From: Clostridia bacterium
GTDB lineage: Bacteria; Bacillota; Clostridia; TANB77; CAG-508
DNA length: 64,000 nt
Reading direction: 5' to 3'
NCBI GenBank assembly: GCA_051891435.1
Contig: JBJFFE010000072.1
Span: 8,084-72,083, forward strand
Below, piece by piece: positions 19,741-28,532 of this stretch (position 1 is its first letter; every line of letters begins with the position of its first letter). Both the position numbers and the translations under genes were made by a program. Under the pieces are notes generated by a model. That model was not told the DNA's origin. It saw only the letters and a program-made list of their open reading frames with translations, and ran no database searches.

Positions 19741-20037
19741 CTATGCAGCTGGTATGTACAATTCTTGATTAATATATAATGTACTATTATTTAATTTATT
19801 TATTTCTTTCAAATCCCCTATTATATATCTAACATCTTTTCCCTCATAATAAGAATTATTTTTTTGTAGATCGATTGCTATACTCCAAAGAGTATCTCCA
19901 GATTTTACATACATTGTTTTGTATTCATGAGTTGTATAAGATAATGTTGATTTAACTATTATTAAAGATAATATAAATGTAACTCCTAATACTATTAGTA
20001 TGCTTCTTATAAATTTTTTTACATTTTTTATTTTCAT
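19741..20037 (-). CDS. small membrane-anchored LysM-domain protein (YneA-like candidate SOS cell-division inhibitor)
   Basis: N-terminal TM helix plus LysM (YVKSGDTLWSIAIDL...INQELYIP). GGAGG RBS. LexA-type box in its promoter. Confidence 0.8.
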   Translation of the reverse strand: MKIKNVKKFIRSILIVLGVTFILSLIIVKSTLSYTTHEYKTMYVKSGDTLWSIAIDLQKNNSYYEGKDVRYIIGDLKEINKLNNSTLYINQELYIPAA

Positions 20038-20052
20038 ATCTATTCCTCCGTA

Positions 20053-20105
20053 CGAACATTTATTTGATATACATATATTATAAACAGTTGTTCGTATTTT
20101 GTCAA
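20053..20105 (-). promoter_or_regulatory. consensus promoter with overlapping LexA (Cheo/SOS) box
   Basis: Minus strand reads TTGACA (20105-20100), 17 nt, TATAAT (20082-20077). CGAACAACTGTTTA (20094-20081) = GAAC-N4-GTTT overlaps the spacer and -10. A second half-site GTTCG lies at 20057-20053. Confidence 0.6.
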
Positions 20106-20274
20106 TAGATTTTTTAAAATATTTTAAAAATCAAGTTAATGTTCAGTAAGTGTTTTGCCAGACTACCTTTTGTATGATTTTCTAAATTAATAGGGACACA
20201 ATCATGCACCCCTACTAAATAATAAAAACCCATCTACTAATAATTAATGTAGATAGGTCTTAGTATATAAAAAT

Positions 20275-20943
20275 TTATTCATTTCTTCCATCATCTGAAT
20301 TGCTAGTGCTTCTAGGATGACTAGGATGGTTAGGACTCTTTCTTGCTTCATATAAAGTATAATCATATTCTGCTTCAAAACCATCTGGAGTTTGGAAAAA
20401 GTCTATGTGATGCAAATTAAATTCTATTGGAATGGAACTTTTAGATTCATCTTCTTTTAATAAATCCCATATTGATTGTTTAACTCTTATTATTAGTTCT
20501 TCTTTAGATTGCGCAGTTACACATTTTCTTTCTATCTTTTCTCTTTTTCCATATTCTTGTTCCAATACATGCATATGTCCATTAGAAGAATGAACCTTGT
20601 TCTTTAAATGTTCTAAGTGATGTCTTTGTTTTGCTATATTTTCAGCTATTTTTTGACGTTCTTCAAAAGAAGAAGTAAGTAAATCATAGTAATGCATTTT
20701 AAAATCTATCTTAGCAGCAGTATTTCCGTTTGCTAATTTATAAAAAATATCTTCTCCACTCATAGAAAGATGTTGGGGTATTATATCTAATGTAGACATG
20801 AAGTCAAATAATCCATTCTTGGCAAATTGAATTTTTTTTGCTAGTAATTCTTCATTGTCTGACGTGTATCCTTTCGAAAAGGCTATTACAGCCTTTCTCA
20901 ATCGATTAATTAATAGTAATCTTTCTTTATTTTTATCAATCAT
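20275..20943 (-). CDS. hypothetical protein
   Basis: 222 aa, 11 nt downstream of xerD on the same strand. Charged/His-rich C-terminus. No motif recognised. Confidence 0.6.
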   Translation of the reverse strand: MIDKNKERLLLINRLRKAVIAFSKGYTSDNEELLAKKIQFAKNGLFDFMSTLDIIPQHLSMSGEDIFYKLANGNTAAKIDFKMHYYDLLTSSFEERQKIAENIAKQRHHLEHLKNKVHSSNGHMHVLEQEYGKREKIERKCVTAQSKEELIIRVKQSIWDLLKEDESKSSIPIEFNLHHIDFFQTPDGFEAEYDYTLYEARKSPNHPSHPRSTSNSDDGRNE

Positions 20944-20954
20944 TATCTTCTATC

Positions 20955-21836
20955 CTATGCCCTTGGGTGTGCCTTTCTATATATATTTTTTAAACTTTCA
21001 TCTTGAAACTGCATATATACTTGTGTTGAAGATATATCTGAATGTCCAAGCATTGTTTGTATTGATTTTAAATCTGCTCCATTTTGTAATAAATGTGTTG
21101 CAAAAGAATGTCTTAAAACATGTGGTGTAATTTCTTTTGTTATATGTGCTTGTTCTTTATAAAATTTAACAATTTTCCAAACACCTTGTCTTGTTAATCT
21201 CTTACCATTTATATTAACAAATAGAGCTTTTTCATTTTCATCTTTTATTAATACATTTCTTACATTATCAACATATTCTTTAAGAGCATTTAAAGATATT
21301 TTCCCAAGAGGAATTGTTCTTGTTTTTGTTCTTGATTTACAATTTACAACTCCTTCTTCTAAATTAACATCTTCAATATTTAAAGAAATTATTTCTGTAA
21401 CTCTCATTCCTGTAGCATAGGCAAATTCTAACATTGCCTTATCACGAATTCCCTTTAAATCAACATTTTTAGGTTGATTTAAAAGAAGTGTTACTTCTTC
21501 AGATGTTAATATACTTGGAGCTTTTTTATCAATTTTTGGCGCTTGTACATGTGCTGTTGGATCTTCTTTAACTTTTTGATTTTTTAATAAGTACTGATAA
21601 AATAATCTAATTGAAGCAAGATGTCTTGAAATTGTAGTTGGTTTCTTATTTAAACTATCTAAATAAGTTAAATAATTTTTTACATCTTTTTCACTTGCTT
21701 TAATATAATCTATGTTATTAGAATCTATATAATTTTGGTATTGTAAAATATCTCTTTTATATGATTGAAAAGTATTGTCTGATAGTTTTTTTTCATTTCT
21801 TATAAAATTTAAAAAAAGTTCAATTTGTTTTTCCAT
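20955..21836 (-). CDS. xerD: site-specific tyrosine recombinase XerD
   Basis: 293 aa with FLNFIRNEKKLSDNTFQSYKRDI N-terminus. Catalytic HVLRHSFATHLLQNGADLKSIQTMLGHSDISSTQVY. Confidence 0.9.
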   Translation of the reverse strand: MEKQIELFLNFIRNEKKLSDNTFQSYKRDILQYQNYIDSNNIDYIKASEKDVKNYLTYLDSLNKKPTTISRHLASIRLFYQYLLKNQKVKEDPTAHVQAPKIDKKAPSILTSEEVTLLLNQPKNVDLKGIRDKAMLEFAYATGMRVTEIISLNIEDVNLEEGVVNCKSRTKTRTIPLGKISLNALKEYVDNVRNVLIKDENEKALFVNINGKRLTRQGVWKIVKFYKEQAHITKEITPHVLRHSFATHLLQNGADLKSIQTMLGHSDISSTQVYMQFQDESLKNIYRKAHPRA

Positions 21837-21933
21837 TTTTTTTGCTCCTTTTATATTATTTTGTATACATAATAATTTATGTATATTGTTATATCAAATT
21901 AAACAAAAATTGTAAATAGATTTTTGATATTTT

Positions 21934-22578
21934 TTAAAGATATTTTGAAACTATATATATTAAACTTGTCGAAACATATGCTTCAATAGTTGCAGAAAAT
22001 AATAGCAATAGCATTACTATTGCACAATATACGCTATATTTTATTGTTACATATTTAATATTACTATTTTTATTTACTAATTCAGTACGAAATTTTAAAC
22101 CTTGAACAATTAAAAAAATAATAGCTGGTATAGTAATAATATTCTGCAATAGCATAGTTGAACAAAAGAATAATATGCCCTTAAAAAAAGTAAAAATTAA
22201 CATCAGTGAAGATATAGTATATCCAAATGTTATACCTAAGAATAAAGCAACCATATATAATAAAAAATTACCAAAAAAAGTTAAACCAAGTAACCAAAGA
22301 ACTACAACAGTTATAATACTTTTTATTATAGATTGTTTTAATACACTATTTTTAGAGATTTCGTTACCATTTTTTAAATATTCAATAGACGTATTTATAT
22401 ATTCACTAATATTATTTGCTTGCGCATCTGGTAAACTATTAACTACCATAACTCCAATACAAATTCCTACTATAAATATAGTTAACACAATAATATATCT
22501 ACTCATATTTGAACTTATGTGGTTTAATATTAAATTTCTATTAGTTAATTTATAGTGTTTTTTATATGACCTTTTCAT
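21934..22578 (-). CDS. spoIIM: stage II sporulation protein M
   Basis: Polytopic membrane protein of SpoIIM size and topology. Conserved position next to xerD in Firmicutes. Confidence 0.75.
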   Translation of the reverse strand: MKRSYKKHYKLTNRNLILNHISSNMSRYIIVLTIFIVGICIGVMVVNSLPDAQANNISEYINTSIEYLKNGNEISKNSVLKQSIIKSIITVVVLWLLGLTFFGNFLLYMVALFLGITFGYTISSLMLIFTFFKGILFFCSTMLLQNIITIPAIIFLIVQGLKFRTELVNKNSNIKYVTIKYSVYCAIVMLLLLFSATIEAYVSTSLIYIVSKYL

Positions 22579-22659
22579 CCTATGTTCTTTTCCCCCTTTT
22601 TGTATATCTAATTTGTATTCTGGAAAAGAACAAAAAAGAACAAGCTTTGTTTATTTTAA

Positions 22660-23856
22660 TTAATTTTTCAATTCAACCTTCCCATACACGCCACCTCCAC
22701 CAGCATGTATATTTAGCTTTCCTTCTCTTGCCAAAATAATAGAATGTGCAATTTTTGAACCAACTAGGGCTTCAATGTCGTCATTTGTAATTTTATGTAA
22801 TATATTCATTTCAGTTCCAAAAGTAGATAATAGTTTTTCTATTGATTTGGAACCTAGTCCTGGAATAAATACTAATGGTATTTGATATATGTATTCAGGT
22901 CTATTTTGGGGACTAATAGTAGTTTTTTTGTCCTTTATTACCGTAACCCTATCCCAAACACCTATAGTTATATTTTTACTATCACAAGTATCACATTTAT
23001 ATATTGGTGCATCACCTAAAAGGACTTTGTTGCAAGTTTCACAGTAACTTCTATGGTATTTTCCTAGTTGTGGATTTAGTCCGTAATTTGAAATAATTTT
23101 TCTACCATCTTCATTTTTTAATGCTTTTACTAACTCCTTAAAGCTTATATCATCTACTAAAATTTTATTATATTCTCTAGCAATTTTTGGTAACGAATGA
23201 GCATCTGAATTTGTTAAAAATGCTTTGTTTTCTAGTTCAGATATCATGTCTGCCATAAATGTATCAGAACTTAATCCTAATTCTATTGCTAAAATATCAT
23301 CATATTTCTCTTTGAAAATTTTTTCTAATCTATCAGTACAATTTCCGTAAAAACTTTTATGAGGGGTAAAACAATGTGCTGGTATTAAAATTCCATTATA
23401 TTTTTTTACAATATCTATTAATTCATAGGCTGATATATCAGCACGTTGAGAACTTAAAGTTATGTTTTTTATATGTTTACTCATTTCGTTTGAAAAAGCT
23501 TTTATGTCTGACAAATGAGGAAAAAAGCATAAATTATGAGCACTTCCGCAATGCCCATTTAGTCCTATTTCTGATGTTTCAATCTCGCTTCCTAATATTA
23601 TGCAAATCTTATCTTTATATATAATTCCCCCGTCTTTAATTTCATATGCTTCTCCTGTTTTTAAAAATTCTTCAATATCTCTTATAACATATGGAGATGC
23701 ACAGTCTATAATTCCAACAATATCAATACCTTTTCTTTCATTGCATTCTTTTGCAATATTAGCAAAATTCAAAGATTTTGCAGCTGTAATTTTTATTGGT
23801 TTATTATTTTGGCTTCTACCAATGTGCACATGTAAATCTGCAAATACTTCGTACAT
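22660..23856 (-). CDS. PHP-domain endonuclease Q family protein (TIGR00375-like)
   Basis: N-terminal PHP metal motif ADLHVHIGRS, internal zinc ribbon (CETCNKV...YKCDTCDS), C-terminal helix-hairpin-helix-like GLGSKSIEKLL. Confidence 0.65.
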   Translation of the reverse strand: MYEVFADLHVHIGRSQNNKPIKITAAKSLNFANIAKECNERKGIDIVGIIDCASPYVIRDIEEFLKTGEAYEIKDGGIIYKDKICIILGSEIETSEIGLNGHCGSAHNLCFFPHLSDIKAFSNEMSKHIKNITLSSQRADISAYELIDIVKKYNGILIPAHCFTPHKSFYGNCTDRLEKIFKEKYDDILAIELGLSSDTFMADMISELENKAFLTNSDAHSLPKIAREYNKILVDDISFKELVKALKNEDGRKIISNYGLNPQLGKYHRSYCETCNKVLLGDAPIYKCDTCDSKNITIGVWDRVTVIKDKKTTISPQNRPEYIYQIPLVFIPGLGSKSIEKLLSTFGTEMNILHKITNDDIEALVGSKIAHSIILAREGKLNIHAGGGGVYGKVELKN

Positions 23857-23858
23857 AA

Positions 23859-24011
23859 TTAGCCTTCTTTCTTTTTACTTTCAATTTGTGTTATATATTT
23901 TTCTTCTCTGATGCTATAGTTTTGCAACATACTTATTATTGTTATTTCCGGATTGTTTACATCATCAGCTGTTCTAGATATTAAATCAAAAAATCTACCT
24001 TTTCCAATCAT
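23859..24011 (-). CDS. unannotated 50-aa ORF, translationally coupled between two genes
   Basis: ATG overlaps the upstream TGA (ATGA at 24011-24008). Its TAA lies 2 nt before the next gene's ATG. MIGKGRFFDLISRTADDVNNPEITIISMLQNYSIREEKYITQIESKKKEG. Confidence 0.45.
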   Translation of the reverse strand: MIGKGRFFDLISRTADDVNNPEITIISMLQNYSIREEKYITQIESKKKEG

Positions 24012-24547
24012 ACAATAATCTCCATTTCTGTGTTAATAAATTCTTTAAATTTTTCTAAAAAAATATTATCGCATCCTTTTAAGTTCCTGTGTTCTAAAAG
24101 TACAAGTGCTTCATCCAAAGGGAATCCCCTTCTTTCCGCTCTATCTACCATCATTCCGCCAAATTGGTCTACTAATTCTAAAATATCACTTTCTTTTTCT
24201 CTATGAGTGTTATCGTTATAACGATTATGTTCTAAACAAATTTTACAAAATCTTGGAGGAAAACCAAGTTTTGCAAGGTATTCTGCGCCTTCTTTTGCAT
24301 ATGTCTTTACTTTTTCTAAACTTAATGCATCATGACTTTTTTTACAAGAGCATAATAAGCATGCTGTGATTATTAAATTTTTATCTACATCTAAATTCAT
24401 TGTTTCAATAAATAATTTAGCAATTATCGTTTTAAAAATCACTGACTTGTCAAAGTAAATTGGAACTTTTTTTGCAGCATAAGTCATTATGTCAATTTTT
24501 TTATTAAAATCTTTTTCATTTAAAATATATTCTGCAAAAGTTTGCAT
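24008..24547 (-). CDS. hypothetical protein
   Basis: 179-aa helical protein with AGGAGA RBS. No confident motif. Confidence 0.6.
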   Translation of the reverse strand: MQTFAEYILNEKDFNKKIDIMTYAAKKVPIYFDKSVIFKTIIAKLFIETMNLDVDKNLIITACLLCSCKKSHDALSLEKVKTYAKEGAEYLAKLGFPPRFCKICLEHNRYNDNTHREKESDILELVDQFGGMMVDRAERRGFPLDEALVLLEHRNLKGCDNIFLEKFKEFINTEMEIIV

Positions 24548-24661
24548 ATTATCTCCTTTTTTGCAATATTTTAAATAAATTATATTACATAAAAAATATA
24601 TTTTTCAAGTAATTACTAAAATGTTTCAGTAAAGTAATAAAACTGTAATATTTTGGTAATA

Positions 24662-25099
24662 TTACAGTTTTAAAATTGCATTTCTAGCAAGTTCATCACA
24701 TCTATTATTAAATTCATTGTCACTATGCCCTTTTACTTTTATAAACTTTACTTCGTGCTGTTTGACTAATGCATATAATTCAAGCCATAATTCTTTATTT
24801 TTTACTGGCTCTTTTTTAGAGTTTTGCCAATTCTTTTTTATCCAATTTTCTATCCAATGTTGGTTAAATGCATTTACTACATAAGCACTATCACTATATA
24901 TAGAAACTTTACAAGGTTCCTTTAATAGTTTTAATCCTTCTATTACTGCTGTAATTTCCATAACATTATTAGTAGTATCAGGATTACCTCCGCTTATTTC
25001 TTTCTTGGTATCTTTATACATAAGTATAGTTCCCCATCCCCCTGGTCCTGGATTTCCTGAACATGCCCCATCTGTGTAAATGATAACTTCTTTATTCAT
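24662..25099 (-). CDS. rnhA: ribonuclease HI
   Basis: [17 protein letters not shown]...[14 protein letters not shown]...[10 protein letters not shown]...[18 protein letters not shown] (DEDD catalytic pattern). Confidence 0.92.
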   Translation of the reverse strand: MNKEVIIYTDGACSGNPGPGGWGTILMYKDTKKEISGGNPDTTNNVMEITAVIEGLKLLKEPCKVSIYSDSAYVVNAFNQHWIENWIKKNWQNSKKEPVKNKELWLELYALVKQHEVKFIKVKGHSDNEFNNRCDELARNAILKL

Positions 25100-25190
25100 A
25101 AATTACTCCTTTTAATCACTTGCGTTCATTTTTTCTTTATGATATTATATCAATAAACAATTTATAAAAGCAATAAAATAGGAGATTTTT

Positions 25191-26417
25191 ATGGATAAAA
25201 TTTTAGGAATAATATCTGAATATAATCCTTTTCATTATGGGCATTTATACCATATTAACGAATCAAAAAAATTAGTAAATCCAGATTACACTGTTGCAGT
25301 CATGAGTGGTAATTTTGTAGAACGTGGCGATGCTGCGATTATAGATAAGTGGTCTCGTGCTGAAATGGCTTTAAATAATGGTGTCGATTTAGTAATTGAA
25401 TTACCTTTAATTTACAGTATTTCAAGTGCTGAAAATTTTGCTATGGGTAGTATAAAAATTTTAGATAGTTTAAGCATGGATACAGCCATTTCTTTTGGAA
25501 GTGAATGTGGAAATATTAATATTTTAAATTCAATTGCTCAAGTATTATGTGAAGAACCTAAAGAATATTTATCTATTTTAAACCATGAACTCGACTCTGG
25601 CATTTCTTTTCCTAAAGCACGTGAATATGCTTTATTAATGTATTTAAATGATATTAGGAAATTTGCAAATGTTCTTTCTGAACCTAATAACATTTTAGGT
25701 ATAGAATATTTAAAAGCTATTCAAAAACAAAAAGCAAAATTAAGAGCAACAACAATAGTAAGAAAAGGCGCTAATTATAATGATTTAGATTTAAAAGATA
25801 AATACTCTAGTGCATCTGCAATTCGTCATGGTTTATTAAATAATATAGATATTAAGCCATATATTCCAGAATCTTCTAACAAAATTTTACAAGATAAAAT
25901 ATCCAAGAATGAAATTGTGTATGGATTGAAAACATTTGAACAAGCAATAATCTATAAGTTAAGAACTATGTCACAAGAAGAAATAGCAACCCTTCCGGAT
26001 GTTACTGAAGGTTTAGAGAACAAGATAAAAAAAGCTTCAGATTCTTGTAATAATTTAGCAGATTTAACTAGTATGATTAAATCAAAAAGATATACTATGA
26101 CAAGAATTAATAGAATTTTATTATATGCTTTATTAAATATTACTAAAAAAGACATTGTGGAGTCCTATAAAGTTATTCCTTATATTCGTGTACTTGGTGT
26201 AAATCAAAAAGGAAAAGAACTGCTTTCTAAAATATCAAAAGCAAATAAAAAGATAAACATTGTTACTTCACCAAAGAAATTTTTAGATACAACGAAAAAT
26301 AAGTCCTTAAAGAATATGCTTGAAAAAGATATGTTTGCAAGCAATATTTATACCTTAGGATATAAAAAAAATCCAAAAGCAAATCTGGATTTAACAAATA
26401 AATTAGTAACATTATAA
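25191..26417 (+). CDS. tmcAL: tRNA(Met) cytidine acetate ligase (UPF0348/YlbM nucleotidyltransferase)
   Basis: N-terminal GIISEYNPFHYGHLYHI HxGH nucleotidyltransferase motif; ~400 aa. Confidence 0.8.
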   Translation: MDKILGIISEYNPFHYGHLYHINESKKLVNPDYTVAVMSGNFVERGDAAIIDKWSRAEMALNNGVDLVIELPLIYSISSAENFAMGSIKILDSLSMDTAISFGSECGNINILNSIAQVLCEEPKEYLSILNHELDSGISFPKAREYALLMYLNDIRKFANVLSEPNNILGIEYLKAIQKQKAKLRATTIVRKGANYNDLDLKDKYSSASAIRHGLLNNIDIKPYIPESSNKILQDKISKNEIVYGLKTFEQAIIYKLRTMSQEEIATLPDVTEGLENKIKKASDSCNNLADLTSMIKSKRYTMTRINRILLYALLNITKKDIVESYKVIPYIRVLGVNQKGKELLSKISKANKKINIVTSPKKFLDTTKNKSLKNMLEKDMFASNIYTLGYKKNPKANLDLTNKLVTL

Positions 26418-26420
26418 AGC

Positions 26421-26505
26421 GTAGGGGTCGCACTCCAGGGCGACCCGCAAAAGAATCTAAATATTCTATTATTTATTTCGGGTCGCCGAAGACGGCGCAC
26501 CCTAC
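26421..26505. repeat. GC-rich compound palindromic repeat, copy 2 (inverted relative to copy 1)
   Basis: GTAGGGGTCGCACTCCAGGGCGACCCGC...AGAAT/ATTCT...GGGTCGCC..GGCGCACCCTAC. First 28 nt match the reverse complement of 9248-9275 with 2 mismatches. Confidence 0.8.
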
Positions 26506-26519
26506 AAATATTCTGTATT

Positions 26520-27245
26520 TTATTCTTCCCAGTTATGGAACACTTCTATTACATCATCTAATTCGTCTAATTTTTCTAGTAATAATTCCATTCTTCTTAC
26601 TCCGTTTTCGTCTAATGTAACATATGTACTTGGAACCATTTGGATTTCTGCTTCTACAAAAGTTAAGCCATTATTTTCTAATGCCTCTCTTAATGCAGAA
26701 AATTCTGCTGGTGCACATGTTATTTCATAAATTTCTTCGTCAGTTTCCATATTATCGGCACCATTATCTAAAGCAAGCATCATTAAATCATCTTCGCTTA
26801 AGTTTGTTGCTGCTTTTTCTATAACAATAACACCTTTTCTTTCAAACATATAAGATACACAACCTGCTGTTCCTAAGTTTCCACCAAATTTATCGAATAC
26901 ATGTCTTACATCTGCTGCTGTTCTATTTTTATTATCTGTTGATGCGTTTACAATTATAGCAACACCATTTGGTCCATATCCTTCATATGTAATTTCCTCG
27001 TAATTCTCACTATTATTTGCACCTGCTGCTCTTTTTATTGCACCATTAATTGTATCATTTGGCATGTTATTTGCTTTACATTTTGCAATAACATCTCTTA
27101 ATTTCGCATTTCCCGCTGGATCTGGTCCACCTTGTTTTACAGCCATTAATAATTCTCTACCTAATTTTGTAAATATTTTTCCTCTTGCTGCATCTGCTTT
27201 TCCTTTTTTTGCTTGAATATTATGCCATTTGCTATGTCCTGACAT
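26520..27245 (-). CDS. yebC: YebC/PmpR family DNA-binding transcriptional regulator
   Basis: [31 protein letters not shown] signature. ATG 27245 (AAGGAGG upstream) is preferred over ORF-track 27278. Confidence 0.92.
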   Translation of the reverse strand: MSGHSKWHNIQAKKGKADAARGKIFTKLGRELLMAVKQGGPDPAGNAKLRDVIAKCKANNMPNDTINGAIKRAAGANNSENYEEITYEGYGPNGVAIIVNASTDNKNRTAADVRHVFDKFGGNLGTAGCVSYMFERKGVIVIEKAATNLSEDDLMMLALDNGADNMETDEEIYEITCAPAEFSALREALENNGLTFVEAEIQMVPSTYVTLDENGVRRMELLLEKLDELDDVIEVFHNWEE

Positions 27246-27367
27246 GGTTAATTCCTCCTTTTTGATTTTCCTTATCAACTTTTTCTATTATAGCACATAT
27301 AAAAAACTTTTGGTAGAGTTTTATAAATATTTTTTATATTTTCCTTTCCTTTTTTTATTACTATATT

Positions 27368-27436
27368 TTAGTGATTTTTCTTATATATAACAATTACTGC
27401 TACAACTATGATTGCTCCTACTACTAATTTTACCAT
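27368..27436 (-). CDS. unannotated 22-aa hydrophobic peptide
   Basis: GGAGGT RBS 8 nt upstream of ATG. MVKLVVGAIIVVAVIVIYKKNH. Paralogous to the adjacent peptide. Confidence 0.5.
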   Translation of the reverse strand: MVKLVVGAIIVVAVIVIYKKNH

Positions 27437-27475
27437 ATTGAATTACCTCCTTTCATATATCATGTTACGTATTAT

Positions 27476-27553
27476 TTATTTGTTTTTCATATAAATAACA
27501 ACACATATAACAGCAACAACTATAATTACACTTATTCCAAATAATTTACCCAT
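27476..27553 (-). CDS. unannotated 25-aa hydrophobic peptide
   Basis: GGAGGT RBS 7 nt upstream of ATG. MGKLFGISVIIVVAVICVVIYMKNK. Confidence 0.5.
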   Translation of the reverse strand: MGKLFGISVIIVVAVICVVIYMKNK

Positions 27554-27600
27554 AATCTTTTACCTCCTATAATTTAGTCATTTGCTCTTTTGATGTTGTT

Positions 27601-27665
27601 ATTATAGCTTGGCAAAGTAAAATTAAGGTTAAATTAAAGTAAAAAAATGGTAAAGTTAAGGTAAA
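27601..27665 (-). promoter_or_regulatory. -10 element preceded by five direct pentamer repeats phased at 11 bp
   Basis: Plus-strand GTAAA/GTTAA at 27617, 27628, 27639, 27650 and 27661 (minus strand TTTAC C/T, TTAACC). TATAAT on the minus strand at 27606-27601, with no good -35. Confidence 0.55.
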
Positions 27666-27676
27666 ATTTTAATATT

Positions 27677-27715
27677 AAAAAAATCATTCTATAAAATATA
27701 TAGAATGATTTTTTA
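27677..27715. terminator. bidirectional hairpin terminator 3' of the ZIP transporter gene
   Basis: AAAAAATCATTCTATA...TATAGAATGATTTTTT, a perfect long inverted repeat flanked by A/T runs. Confidence 0.75.
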
Positions 27716-27732
27716 TTGTTATTTAAAGCAAT

Positions 27733-28509
27733 TTATCCCAAAGTTACGTCTAATATCATCATAATAACAAAGCCAATGGCAACTCCTATTGTTCCAATAT
27801 TTGAGTGTTCTCCTACTTGTGATTCTGGTATCAATTCTTCCACTACAACGTATATCATTGCCCCCGCTGCAAACGATAACAGGTATGGAAGAATTGGAAC
27901 CACTGCCTCTGTAAGTAATATTGTAATTATTGCAGCAATTGGTTCAACTATTCCAGATATAGCGCCATATAAGAAAGCCCTGGGCTTTGATACTCCTTCA
28001 TTTTTTAGTGGCATTGATATAATTGCCCCTTCTGGGAAGTTTTGAATTGCAATACCGATTGCTAAAGCCAACGCTCCTGCCATTGTAATTCCTGTATTCC
28101 CTAAAATAGCACCTGCGAAAGTCACTCCAACTGCCATTCCTTCTGGTATATTATGAAGTGTTACAGCAAATACCATCATTGTTGTTTTCTTTAATTTTGA
28201 TTTAATTCCATCTGGTTTGTCACTTTCTAAGTGCATATGAGGTATTACACTATCTAATATAAGTAAAAATGTTATTCCAAGTAGAAAACCAAGGGCAGCA
28301 GGAAGCCACCCTATTTTTCCCTGCCCTTCTGCCATTTCAATTGATGGTATAAGAAGAGACCATATAGATGCTGCTATCATTACACCTGATGCAAATCCTA
28401 AAAGTATTTTTTCTACTTTTTTATCCATTTCTTTTTTCATTAGAAATACCATTCCAGCCCCCAACACTGTTCCTATAAATGGTATTAATAATCCAATAAA
28501 AATTTTCAT
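27733..28509 (-). CDS. ZIP family metal (zinc) transporter
   Basis: Eight-TM protein with the ZupT-type HNIPEGMAVG and QNFPEG motifs. Confidence 0.88.
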   Translation of the reverse strand: MKIFIGLLIPFIGTVLGAGMVFLMKKEMDKKVEKILLGFASGVMIAASIWSLLIPSIEMAEGQGKIGWLPAALGFLLGITFLLILDSVIPHMHLESDKPDGIKSKLKKTTMMVFAVTLHNIPEGMAVGVTFAGAILGNTGITMAGALALAIGIAIQNFPEGAIISMPLKNEGVSKPRAFLYGAISGIVEPIAAIITILLTEAVVPILPYLLSFAAGAMIYVVVEELIPESQVGEHSNIGTIGVAIGFVIMMILDVTLG

Positions 28510-28532
28510 ATCAAATCACTTTCTTTTTATTA

